Shown here piece after piece: positions 1 through 11,073 of a stretch of DNA of 64,000 bases. The DNA is from Eledone cirrhosa. Lineage: Eukaryota. Within the stretch, counting starts at the first letter, position 1, and each line of letters begins with the position of its first letter. The notes under the pieces were generated by a model, which worked only from the letters and a program-made list of their open reading frames with translations, made no database searches and was not told the origin of the DNA. The stretch spans positions 21,142,001-21,206,000 of the forward strand of contig OZ024762.1 in NCBI GenBank assembly GCA_964016885.1. Direction: 5' to 3'. The position numbers and the translations under genes were made by a program.

Positions 1-249
1 GTGACCTCCTCAGTGACTAAAGAGCTTTGACAATATATAAACAACCATCTGGTTATCAAACCAACCAACCAACTGGAAATTTATAATAAACTGAAGTGAA
101 AACCAACATGTGCGTGTGTTTTTATTGGCAACATGACCCTCCCAAAGTATAACAATATCTGTTTCAACACACGTTTTCAGATAAGAAATCTTGCAAAACA
201 AACTCAAAAATGAAATATATATATATATATATATAAACAAAATTCTGAT

Positions 250-1095
250 ATCGAGTTTTGAAATGCGAGTGTATTAGAATTTGTATGAAAATGGAAAAAC
301 TCGGCGTAAGGAAGCTGGTAAAACAGCAAAATACCGTTGAAATGATGTTGGGTAAAATATTACCTCAGAGGACAGAAATCAGCGGCTCAAAGTGAGTTGG
401 CTCGAAGAATTAATAGGAAGGAAAAAATAGAATGCATGATAGGAGATCACTTTGAGCCGCTGATTTCTGTCCTTCAAGGTAATGTTTTACTCAATGTTGT
501 TTCGATAGCATTTTGCTGTTTTAACAGCTTCCTTATGCCAAGTTTTTCCATTTTCTTGTCAATTCTAATACTCAAAACTCAATATTCGAGTTGATTTTCG
601 GTTATACCTTATCATAGCTATTGTAGACTTCTATTGTGGATTGATACCATGCTTAAGGTGAGTTTTCTTTTTTCCCCTTTTCCTCTGTTCCCAGTTCTGT
701 CGTTCTTTCTTTCTCTCCCTTCCCTCTTACTGCCACTTCTGCATACAGTGCCATTGTTTTTCCTTTCTTGCAATGACTTAAGGTCGAGTGGAAGCTCTTC
801 ATTTTTCTCTCTCTCTCTCTCTGAACTGTTGCAACACAAACATTATACCAATGAAGATATTTATTTCTCCGCAGTCCTTTCAGTCAAATCGTCGAAACTG
901 CAGGTGGTCTGAAAGCTGATGAGTGTATTTAAATGTTTGTGATCTCCTATCATGCATTCTATTTCTCCCTTCCTCTCAAATCTTTGAGCCACTGATTTCT
1001 GTCCTCTGAGGTAATGTTTTACCCAACATCATTTCGATGGCATTTTGCTGTTTTAACAGCTTCCTTATGCTGAGTTTTTCCATTTTCATACGAAT
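250..1095. repeat. Nested inverted repeats (A-B-A' ... B'-A')
   Basis: 250-395 is inverted at 447-590; 280-450 is inverted again at 940-1095. Confidence 0.8.
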
Positions 1096-1114
1096 ATATA
1101 TATATATATATATT

Positions 1115-1890
1115 CAGACAGTCCTAAACTAACAAGAAAGGAAAACTTTGGATGTCCTAAACAGTCCTAAACTAACACGAAAGGAACACTTTGGATGTAG
1201 TAGATGTTCAGGGCAAATTGATAGTAGAAGTGTCAGTGATAGGTACATTTTTCAAATGCAGGTAGGATCTATAGAGGTGGTTGATAGCTTCCAATATCTA
1301 GGTGATCAGATTAACAAGGGAGGAGGATGCTCCGAGGCCATAGTATCTAGAATAAGGATAGGATGGAAGAAGTTTAGGAAGCTGCTTCCTCTGTTGACAA
1401 CGAAGGGTTTCTCCTTGCGATTGAAAGTTTGGTTGCATGATGCCTACTGCATGGTAGTGAGATATGGGCAGCAACTGTGGAGGATATGTGAAGGCTGGAG
1501 AGAAATAAAGCAAGCGTGTTCTGATGGATGTGCAATGTCAATGTGCATGAATGATAAAGCATGGACGAGTTGAAAGTGTATAAGTGAAACTGTATAAGAG
1601 GAATAAACTAGAGAGAAGACTGTGTTGGTATTACCATGTGATGCGCATGGATGATGACTGCTGGGTGAACAAGTGCCGAGTAATCCCAGTGGAGGGAAGA
1701 CGCAGTAGAGGAAGACCACAAAAAACATGGGCGGAAGTGGTGAGAGCTGACTTCAGATCACTGAAGCTCACAGAGGAGATGACAAAGGTTTGTGAAAAAT
1801 GAAGAAATGCTGTGCTGATGAAGATCCGTCCCACACTTGCAAGCAAAAAACAGCGGACGGAAATTGATGAAGATGATGATGATGATGATA
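1115..1890 (+). mobile_element. Degenerate RTE LINE 3' fragment
   Basis: IEVVDSFQYLG..GGGCSEA..RIRIGWKKF; GRPQKTWAEVVRAD; (GAT)n tail; frameshifts. Confidence 0.88.
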
Positions 1891-1996
1891 TATATACACA
1901 TACATAAATGCATATACACATATACACACATATACACACATATATATATATATCAATAATATTAATAAATGGAAACTATCTTTATAAAACATTATT

Positions 1997-2058
1997 TATT
2001 TTATTATATATATTTCAAGGGTAGCAAAATTTTTGGTACGCTCTCATCAGATAAAATA
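1997..2058 (-). ncRNA. Type-I hammerhead ribozyme motif (mirror at 3014-3067 on +, stem I broken by a SINE)
   Basis: UAUUUUAU-CUGAUGA-GAGCGUACC..GCUACCCUU-GAAA-UAUAUA-UA-AUAAAAUA. Confidence 0.7.
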
Positions 2059-2356
2059 CAAAAGTTGTTTTATAGATAGTGACATATCCAAAAACAAGAA
2101 CTTATTGTTTTAAGTTCTGTTTGAATAGTGAAAGAAATTCAAATGCTAGGATGAAAATGTTAATGAGGATAACGTAAAGTTGAAAAAGATTGTTATATTT
2201 AGACGCTAGATAAATTTAAATAATTATTAGTGTTATTTTTTAAGGGAAGAAGAGAGAGGTTAATATTAATATTAGGGTGTAAGAAAATTTAAGGAAAGAA
2301 TATAAGAAAAAGTATATTATAGTTAGAAATAGACTATTATTATTAATATATAATTA

Positions 2357-2547
2357 GGGCAGTGGATTGGCAGTATCGGTAGAGGGTCGGACGCCATGCT
2401 TTCCAGCATAGTTACGTTCCTTTGCGGTCTGAGTTCAAATCCCGCCGAGGTGAACTTTGCCTTTCATCCTTACGGGGTCGATAAAATAAAGTACCAGTAA
2501 TGTACTGGGTAATTGATGGCCTTGTGCCAAAAGTAGAAACGATTATT
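2357..2547 (+). mobile_element. tRNA-derived SINE family B (Deu/Nin-like domain); other copies ~3068-3185, 11930-12070, 18490-18675, 27895-28300, 33345-33485, 45560-45927, 47485-47712, 48967-49155, 55555-55740, 60040-60180
   Basis: TGGCAGTATCGG / GAGTTCAAATCC pol III boxes; GCCTTTCATCCTTACGGGGTCGATAAAATAAAGTACC resembles the DeuSINE/Nin domain; (ATT)n tail. Confidence 0.85.
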
Positions 2548-3304
2548 AATATATAATTGTATGGATCATATTAGTGATGGTGTATAGAGAGTGAAATATT
2601 TATTTATTTAATTATATATTTTGGTAGTATTTATAATATAATAAATATAATATGAGAATTATAATTGCGTTGAAGTGGAAGAATATCAAATTTTAAAAAA
2701 TGAGAGATACTACTAATTATTGGGTCTATTCTAATATTATAGAGATAATATTTATAAGTATATTTTATGAAGAATTAGGGTTGTAAGTATATTTTATTTT
2801 ATTTTATATTACAACAGGTTATTTATATAAATAATTTTAGTGTTGTTTTTATAGATAATTTAAATATTTTTTATATGTGAATAGTTACGATGAATTTCTT
2901 GTTTACATTTTCAATATATATTTAAGAAAAAGGAAGTAGTTCTATTTTATTATAGAAGATTATTTTGTACATTCAATATTTTGGATATGTCACTATTTAT
3001 AAAACAACTTTTGTATTTTATCTGATGAGAGCATACCCAAAATTTTGGTACCCTTGAAATATATATAATTGTTTCTACTTTTGGCACAAGGCCAGCAATT
3101 ATCCTAGTGTATTACTGGTACTTTATTGTATCGACCCCGTAAGGATGAAAGGCAAAGTTGACCTCAGCGGGATTTGAACTCGGAAATATGGTTTTATATA
3201 GATAGTTTCCATTTATAAATATTATTGATATTAAGAAAATCTTGTAGAGTGCTTCGAATCTGTTATAAATAAATTTGTTGAATAACCAACAAATTAAATA
3301 ATCC

Positions 3305-4333
3305 TTGGTACAGTTAGGTAGTTAAATAAATTTCGGGTTCAATGAAAAATATTTGCTCACACACGAAAACGTGTATTCACAGTGTGTATGTGTATACATG
3401 CGTCAGTGTGTGTGTGTGTGTTTATATTTTATAATCATAAACTTCGAGCCCTTCATTTATTTAACCACGTTTTAAACAGGGGATTTCCTTTAAATATATT
3501 CCAAAACTTTCCACATTTAAAATATAATGTAGATAAATATAAAGATATGGCTGTTATCTCTAGCATTTGTATCGAACACAAACGGTCGAATATTTTACGC
3601 AACGTAAACAAAGACACACACACACATATACATATATGTACATGATGTTTAATACACACACACACATATATATATATATGTATTATGTATATATTATATG
3701 CATATATAAATATATATATTATATATATATTATATATGTATTATATATATATATTATATGCATATATAAATACATACACACATATACACCACCCCCATAT
3801 ATATATATATATATGTCTAACTTAATAGTACCACCTGACGAAGTTTTTCAAATCAGGATTTGGACACCATGGCTCACTCAAGTAGAAAGTTATTTATTGT
3901 TTACTGAGACATATCCGGGCGTAGAAGGTTTATCCGGAATTCCCCGAAGGAATTTGTCCAAAGACATCTTGAACTTTATGGGATCTGTTCCCGTATTAAA
4001 CATCATGTACATATATGTATATGTGTGTGTTTGTCTTTGTTTACATTGCGTAAAACATTCGACCGTTTGTGGTCGATACAAATGCTAGAGATAACAACTA
4101 TATCTTTATATTTATCTACATAATATTTTAAATGTGAAAAGTTTTGGAATATATTTAAAGGAAATCCCCTATTTAAAACGTGGTTAAATAAATGAGGGGC
4201 TCGAAGTTTATGATTATAAAATATAAACACACACATACTAACGCATGTATAAACACAGTGAATACACGTTTTCGTGTGAGAAAATATCTTTAATTAAATC
4301 CCAAATTTATTTAACTACTTTAATAACTAAGAG
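3305..4333. repeat. ~345-bp inverted repeat pair
   Basis: 3305-3655 vs 3993-4333, also visible as matching ORF-track peptides on opposite strands. Confidence 0.85.
3830..3995 (-). mobile_element. LINE (CR1/L2-like) 3' terminal fragment
   Basis: FKMSLDKFLRGIPDKPSTPGY resembles the FKxxLDxFLxxIPDxP..GY C-terminus of such ORF2s. Confidence 0.55.
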
Positions 4334-4682
4334 ATATCTGTGAAATAAATTTAAAAAGTTTTGAACTTTAATAAAAATTTTTTTAAAAATTCTTTACCCA
4401 TGATGCCACAGTAGCGACATCAGTATCACCAAGTTAGCGACATCAGTTCCTTAAAAGTTTTCAAAGGGAAATCTCAAGAACGATAACTCCGTTTGGCTTT
4501 AATCGCAAAATTGGGTGTAAAAACTTTTTTGTATCTGCAGTGTACACAGGCGAACGTTATCTCGATTCTTCCTTTATGAGCATTCACTCTTAACGTAATT
4601 CTCAGGAAGATTCTGTGTGGCAGATTGTATGACAAAGCTGGCCCCATATATGTATAATATATGTATTATATATATATATATA

Positions 4683-4853
4683 TAATATAAGATCAAAAGA
4701 TGGTTAAAGGAGTTCCATGTATTTTATTATGCGCATTTCCTTTAACCATCTTTTGATCTTATATTATGTATACTCCAGTCCTACAAACTGTAGAGTGCTT
4801 CTTATCCGATATCTGCATTGCTTTATTGTACTACAATAAAACTCACCTCCTAC

Positions 4854-4854
<1 letters not shown>
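4683..4854 (+). mobile_element. Internally deleted copy of fold-back family P2
   Basis: Outer arm ends and tail identical to the reverse complement of 61433-61840; centre missing. Confidence 0.8.
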
Positions 4855-4945
<91 letters not shown>

Positions 4946-5429
4946 GTATGTAGGTATACACACACACACACACACTATATATATATATATATTTATATAT
5001 ATATACCTATATATATGCATCTTCCTGAGAGGTTAAGAGTACACATAACTGGAATGCTCAGTCACTTACAGACTGGTGTGGCTGCTGGATTTGACTGTTA
5101 TTTTTATTAATCTATTTCAAATGAAATAAATATTAAGCGTAAATAGATACAAACGCGCTGTATCGTCTGCTTTCAACATTCGTCATTAAACAATGTGTAT
5201 GAGTGCACACATTATTTAATGACGAATGTTATATATATATATATATATAGGAATAGCAACGTGACTGTATATGCGTGTGTAAAGAGGTGAGGAGAGACTT
5301 TAGTCGTTCAAATCAACCCCCAGTTCTTATGTTATCGATACGTGTTTGTCGAACGGTTAATTAACGTAACGTAAACAAAGACACATCGTACGCACACACA
5401 CACATTCACGTAACTCTATCCCCATACAT

Positions 5430-5655
5430 TTTAGTCTTCGGTTCTTCCGCCTCGTTCGGCGCATGGAGCAGTAAGTACTTGCCAACGGTTACGATCAGCG
5501 GCGGTTTTTTCTGGTCCGTGCCAAATGATGTTGGCTGCCATAAGATCTTTTCGGAGTGTTCGTGGCCAGGTGATCCTGGGGCAACCCCGCCTCCGTTTGC
5601 TGCCAGGTAGAGTTCAGTTCATCGCTGATTTTGAGTGTCGTTCGTCGGGTAGGCG
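5430..5655 (-). mobile_element. RTE-like LINE C-terminal fragment, different family
   Basis: Hand translation KRRRGCPRITWPRTLRKDL...AADRNRWQVL with one internal stop. Confidence 0.7.
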
Positions 5656-5711
5656 CAGAATATAGCCAGCCACACACACCATACACACTCACACGTGTAT
5701 GTGTGTGAGTA

Positions 5712-5783
<72 letters not shown>

Positions 5784-6289
5784 ATGTATGTATGATGTAT
5801 AAGTTACAAATCGATAAATATTTATACAGATTTCAATTGAAAATGATAACTCATATACCTATATATATATACGTATGTATATGCATATGTATGTATAAGG
5901 TGTGCCTGAAAAAATAAGTCACCATTAAAAAACTAAAAGGAAGATTTGGCTGCTATTTCTAACCCTCTAAAGTATAATAACGTTGGCTGCTATATCTAGC
6001 ATGTGAACTAACCACAAACAAGGTCGAATATTTTACCAAGGGAATTAAGCCGTACTAGCTATTGCTTTCATATTTATCTCCCTTTGACTGTAAAATTCAC
6101 GTGTCTTCTAAAGTATTTTTATCTTCCATAATATTTCATTTTGTCTATTGAAACTTTGCAGAAAAACAAATTAGAACACGTAGATTACATTTCTGCAATA
6201 TATATGGGGCAGTGTTTAAATAAATGACAAAAAAACTTATAATTAAAGAGGAATTACTGTATTAAAAATCCAACATTCAATCGTTAGAG

Positions 6290-8078
6290 GCTATCGTCAA
6301 TATAGCGTCAATTTGGTGGCAGCTACCCTCTCTGTATAGCGTCAATTTGGTGGCAGCCACCCTCTCTGTATAGCGTCGTTTAGGTAACAGCTACCCTCTC
6401 TGTATAGCGTCATTTAGGTAGCAGCTACCCTCTCTGTATAGCGTCATTTAGGTAGCAGCTACCCTCTCTGTATAGCGTCATTTAGGTAGCAGCTACCCTC
6501 TCTGTATAGCGTCATTTAGGTAGCAGCTACCCTCTCTGTATAGCGTCATTTAGGTAGCAGCTACCCTCTCTGTATAGCGTCAATTTGGTGGTGGCCACCC
6601 TCTCTGTATAGCGTCGTTTAGGTAACAGCTACCCTCTCTGTATAGCGTCATTTAGGTAGCAGCTACCCTCTCTGTATAGCGTCATTTAGGTAGCAGCTAC
6701 CCTCTCTGTATAGCGTCATTTAGGTAGCAGCTACCCTCTCTGTATAGCGTCATTTAGGTAGCAGCTACCCTCTCTGTATAGCGTCAATTTGGTGGTGGCC
6801 ACCCTCTCTGTATAGCGTCGTTTAGGTAACAGCTACCCTCTCTGTATAGCGTCATTTAGGTAGCAGCTACCCTCTCTGTATAGCGTCATTTAGGTAGCAG
6901 CTACCCTCTCTGTATAGCGTCATTTAGGTAGCAGCTACCCTCTCTGTATAGCGTCATTTAGGTAGCAGCTACCCTCTCTGTATAGCGTCAATTTGGTGGT
7001 GGCCACCCTCTCTGTATAGCGTCATTTAGGTAGCAGCTACCCTCTCTGTATAGCGTCAATTTGGTGGTGGCCACCCTCTCTGTATAGCGTCGTTTAGGTA
7101 ACAGCTACCCTCTCTGTATAGCGTCATTTAGGTAGCAGCTACCCTCTCTGTATAGCGTCATTTAGGTAGCAGCTACCCTCTCTGTATAGCGTCATTTAGG
7201 TAGCAGCTACCCTCTCTGTATAGCGTCATTTAGGTAGCAGCTACCCTCTCTGTATAGCGTCAATTTGGTGGTGGCCACCCTCTCTGTATAGCGTCGTTTA
7301 GGTAACAGCTACCCTCTCTGTATAGCGTCATTTAGGTAGCAGCTACCCTCTCTGTATAGCGTCATTTAGGTAGCAGCTACCCTCTCTGTATAGCGTCATT
7401 TAGGTAGCAGCTACCCTCTCTGTATAGCGTCATTTAGGTGGCAGCTACCCTATCTGTATAGCGTCATTTAGGTAGCAGCTACCCTCTCTGTATAGCGTCA
7501 TTTAGGTAGCAGCTACCCTCTCTGTATAGCGTCGTTTAGGTAGCAGCTACCCTCTCTCTATAGCGTCATTTAGGTAGCAGCTACCCTCTCTGTATAGCGT
7601 CATTTAGGTAGCAGCTACCCTCTCTCTATAGCGTCATTTAGGTGGCAGCTACCCTCTCTGTATAGCGTCATTTAGGTAGCAGCTACCCTCTCTCTATAGC
7701 GTCATTTAGGTGGCAGCTACCCTATCTGTATAGCGTCATTTAGGTAGCAGCTACCCTCTCTGTATAGCGTCATTTAGGTAGCAGCTACCCTCTCTGTATA
7801 GCGTCATTTAGGTAGCAGCTACCCTCTCTGTATAGCGTCGTTTAGGTAGCAGCTACCCTCTCTGTATAGCGTCATTTAGGTAACAGCTACCCTCTCTCTA
7901 TAGCGTCATTTAGGTAGCAGCTACCCTCTCTCTATAGCGTCATTTAGGTAGCAGCTACCCTCTCTGTATAGCGTCATTTAGGTAGCAGCTACCCTCTCTG
8001 TATAGCGTCATTTAGGTAGCAGCTACCCTCTCTGTATAGCGTCATTTAGGTAGTAGCTACCCTCTCTGTATAGCGTCG
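6290..8078. repeat. 34-bp minisatellite, ~52 units, with 204-bp higher-order period
   Basis: Unit gcgtcatttaggtagcagctaccctctctgtata; variant unit recurs at 6581, 6785, 6989, 7057, 7261. Confidence 0.97.
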
Positions 8079-8399
8079 AACATGAGGCAGCTCCCTGTGG
8101 ATTGTTTACATAATATCTCCCTTTGAATGTAAAACGTTTACCGCTGTCTTCTTAAATTGTTGGCAGAAAAATTTATTGAAGTGTGTAGATTACTGTTTTG
8201 AAGATGAACTTAAAATAAAAATATATATAAACACATATTTATGCACTTTTGTATTAATGTACGTATGTTTGTCTGTTTAAATATATATATATTTGACCAT
8301 AATAAAGACATTGTGCTGCACATTTAATAAACTACATTGAATACAGAAGAGACTTTAATTAATTTATTAAGAACACAACATTCTATCATTGGTCGCAAC

Positions 8400-9012
8400 C
8401 CGCTCTGTATATCGTCAATTAAGGGATAGTGTCATATAGGTGGTAGCTACCCATTCTGTATAGCGTCATTTAAGGCATGGCTACCCTTACTGTATAGCGT
8501 CATATCGGTGGCAGTTACCCTTTCTGTATAGCGTCATTTTAGGCATGGCTACCCTTACTGTATAGCGTCATATCGGTGGCAGCTACCCTTACTGTATAGC
8601 GTCATATCGGTGGCAGCTACCCTTTCTGTATAGCGTCATTTAAGGCATGGCTACCCTTACTGTATAGCGTCATATCGGTGGCAGCTATCCTTTGTGTATA
8701 GCGTCATTTAAGGCATGGCTACCCTTACTGTATAGCGTCATATCGGTGGCAGCTACCCTTTGTGTATAGCGTCATTTAAGGCATGGCTACCCTTACTGTA
8801 TAGCGTCATATCGGTGGCAGCTACCCTTTTTGTATAGCGTCATTTAAGGCATGGCTACCCTTACTGTATAGCGTCATACCGGTGGCAGCTACCCTTTCTG
8901 TATAGCGTCATTTAAGGCATGGCTACCCTTACTGTATAGCGTCATATCGGTGGCAGCTACCCTTTCTGTATAGCGTCATTTAAGGCATGGCTACCCTCTC
9001 TGTATATCGTCA
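8400..9012. repeat. Related 34-bp minisatellite with alternating dimer (68-bp) structure
   Basis: tatagcgtcatttaaggcatggctacccttactg alternating with tatagcgtcatatcggtggcagctaccctttctg. Confidence 0.95.
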
Positions 9013-9407
9013 TTGTTTAAGTTGAGGATGGTGCCCTCCGAAGCTTCTTTTAGGTGGTAGATCACCTCCATTCTAGAGGCCTTGCTGTCATGTACCACTT
9101 CATCGTGTAATAAATAATTAAGTATTGCATATGATTGAACAATTTATAATATACACAGAAATTCTGAATCTCTTCCCGCCAACGTTATATTTTTATTGGT
9201 GCAATACTTGCTTATAACAATATACTCTTTTCTGGACCTATATATATATACCATATTCGACTGGTTGGATATTATACGATTCAAAGGATTATACGATTCA
9301 AAGGATAACATCAAGTCAAACTCTCTGGTAAGCAGCTTTCTTATTTAAGCATACATTCCTGATATACATAAACAAAACCTTATCTACCTTTACACACACA
9401 CGCACAC

Positions 9408-9451
<44 letters not shown>

Positions 9452-9491
9452 GTGTTTGAGATGAGTTTAAATTATTTTTCCTACATCTTAC

Positions 9492-9530
<39 letters not shown>

Positions 9531-9531
<1 letters not shown>

Positions 9532-10020
9532 CGTTCTTTACTATTAGCGGTGTCAAGAATGAAAGTAAATTTATTTTCATTTTCGAACGTCGGAAATTGA
9601 AGGTGGGATTTACCGTCATGATGTTGTGGTGCACGAACGGAACTTTGTAGATCCTGCGGACCCTGATGTGCACACACAGCTCATAGAGAACACATGGAGC
9701 CGTGCAAAGAAGAAGCTTCGTCGCCAGCATGGTACCAGCAGTGCTTTATTCCATACATATATAGCTGAATTTCTTTGGCGGCACAGAGTTGGGGCCAACA
9801 TGTTTGGCGAAATGATAAACTGTATTGCAGCTATTTATATGGTGTAGTAAACATTTAAATAAGATTGGTAATTTAAAATGTTTATATGCAATAAACGTTT
9901 ATTTACTTTCATTATCCGCGAGGTTTCGTTTAAACACACACACACAAAATGTAAATAAACTATCGAAAATGAAAATAAATTTACTTTCATTCTTGACACC
10001 GCTAATAGTAAGGAACGCCC
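9531..10020 (+). mobile_element. Merlin (IS1595/ISXO2-like) DNA transposon deletion derivative
   Basis: 56-bp TIRs (9531-9586 / 9963-10018, 1 mismatch, right end ...CGCCC) enclosing transposase C-terminus VHERNFVDP..VHTQLIENTWSRAKKKLRRQHGT..YIAEFLWRHR. Confidence 0.8.
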
Positions 10021-10154
10021 ATTAAAAATATTGTTTATCTGAATACAAAAATGATTGGACGACTACCTGCTCGCACTACGTTAGTTGATGATGTTTTGGA
10101 TGCAAATGACATCCTTAATGAGAAAATTACACTTCTTACTCTTATACCTGCGAT

Positions 10155-10375
10155 ACGCGGTGACAAGTACCAGCGCTGCTTTAGTTCAATCTTATATTGC
10201 AGAATTTCTTTATCATCTCGCCAAACTTGTTGGCACCAGTTTGGCGAGATGATAAACTGCATTGGAGCAATTTATATGGTGCAATAAACGTTTCAATATG
10301 TTATTTTTTTGTTTCAACACACACAAAATGAAAATAAATACGCGAAAATAAAAATAAATTTCATTTCCGACGTGA
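10155..10375 (+). mobile_element. Second degenerate Merlin transposase 3' fragment
   Basis: Similar to 9730-9980 (FGEMINCIxAIYMV shared). Confidence 0.65.
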
Positions 10376-10390
10376 AACTTAAGGTTTATC

Positions 10391-10436
<46 letters not shown>

Positions 10437-10584
10437 TAATATATATGAGTAATATATATGATGAAACAGATACCAACACATCTGTATTTATATTGCAAAA
10501 GAAAATTAGCCAGAATGAAGAATATTAATTATTTTACTACAGTTCGTCCACATCGATTTAAAATAATAAATCGACAAAAATATA

Positions 10585-11018
10585 TATATTAATAAGAGGA
10601 ATTCTAACTTTGTCTGATTTACTCGTTTTATTTACAATCCTTTAAAATATATATAATATGGTATTATAATGAAATAGTATGATAGAATATTAAATTCTAA
10701 GTGTTAATTGAACAAGTACTTTCATGCTTTCGCAATCTTCAGGTTCATGATATGTGGTGACAGTCGAGTTTGCAATTTTCAACTGCAAACTGCAAAAAAT
10801 TGCAAACTCGACTGTCACCACATATCATGAACCTGAAGATTGCGAAAGCATGAAAGTACTTGTTCAATTAACACTTAGAATTTAATATTCTATCATACTA
10901 TTTCATTATAATACCATATTATATATATTTTAAAGGATTGTAAATAAAACGAGTAAATCAGACAAAGTTGGAATTCCTCTTATTAATATAATCTTCTATA
11001 CACAATCATACACACCCG
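10585..11018 (+). mobile_element. Fold-back element family P1 (195-bp arms, 16-nt loop, one-sided tail), Penelope-like
   Basis: Near-perfect palindrome 10585-10779 / 10796-10990 with a hammerhead motif in each arm; second copy at 62550-62959. Confidence 0.8.
10828..10866 (+). ncRNA. Minimal type-I hammerhead ribozyme motif (mirror copy 10709-10747 on -)
   Basis: UGAAC-CUGAAGA-U UGC GAAA GCA U-GAAA-GUAC-UU-GUUCA: stem I 5 bp, GNRA-capped stem II, palindromic AGUACU stem III. Confidence 0.7.
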
Positions 11019-11042
11019 TGTATATTTACCTATCTATATCTA

Positions 11043-11073
<31 letters not shown>

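Larger units (their letters stand above)
1951..3230 (-). mobile_element. Degenerate Penelope-like element remnant with inverted terminal arms (family P3)
   Basis: Arms 1951-2090 vs 2975-3067 + 3190-3230 (SINE inserted); hammerhead motif in arms; eroded RT-like motifs in the spacer. Confidence 0.6.

Noticed and set aside
875-925. GAAAC...GTC...CTGATGAG, possible hammerhead
   Set aside because: Only 6 nt between GTC and CTGATGA, and I could not build stems I-III.
6290-9012. CRISPR-like array (34-bp palindromic repeats)
   Set aside because: Units are head-to-tail with no unique spacers, there are no cas genes, and the context is eukaryotic.
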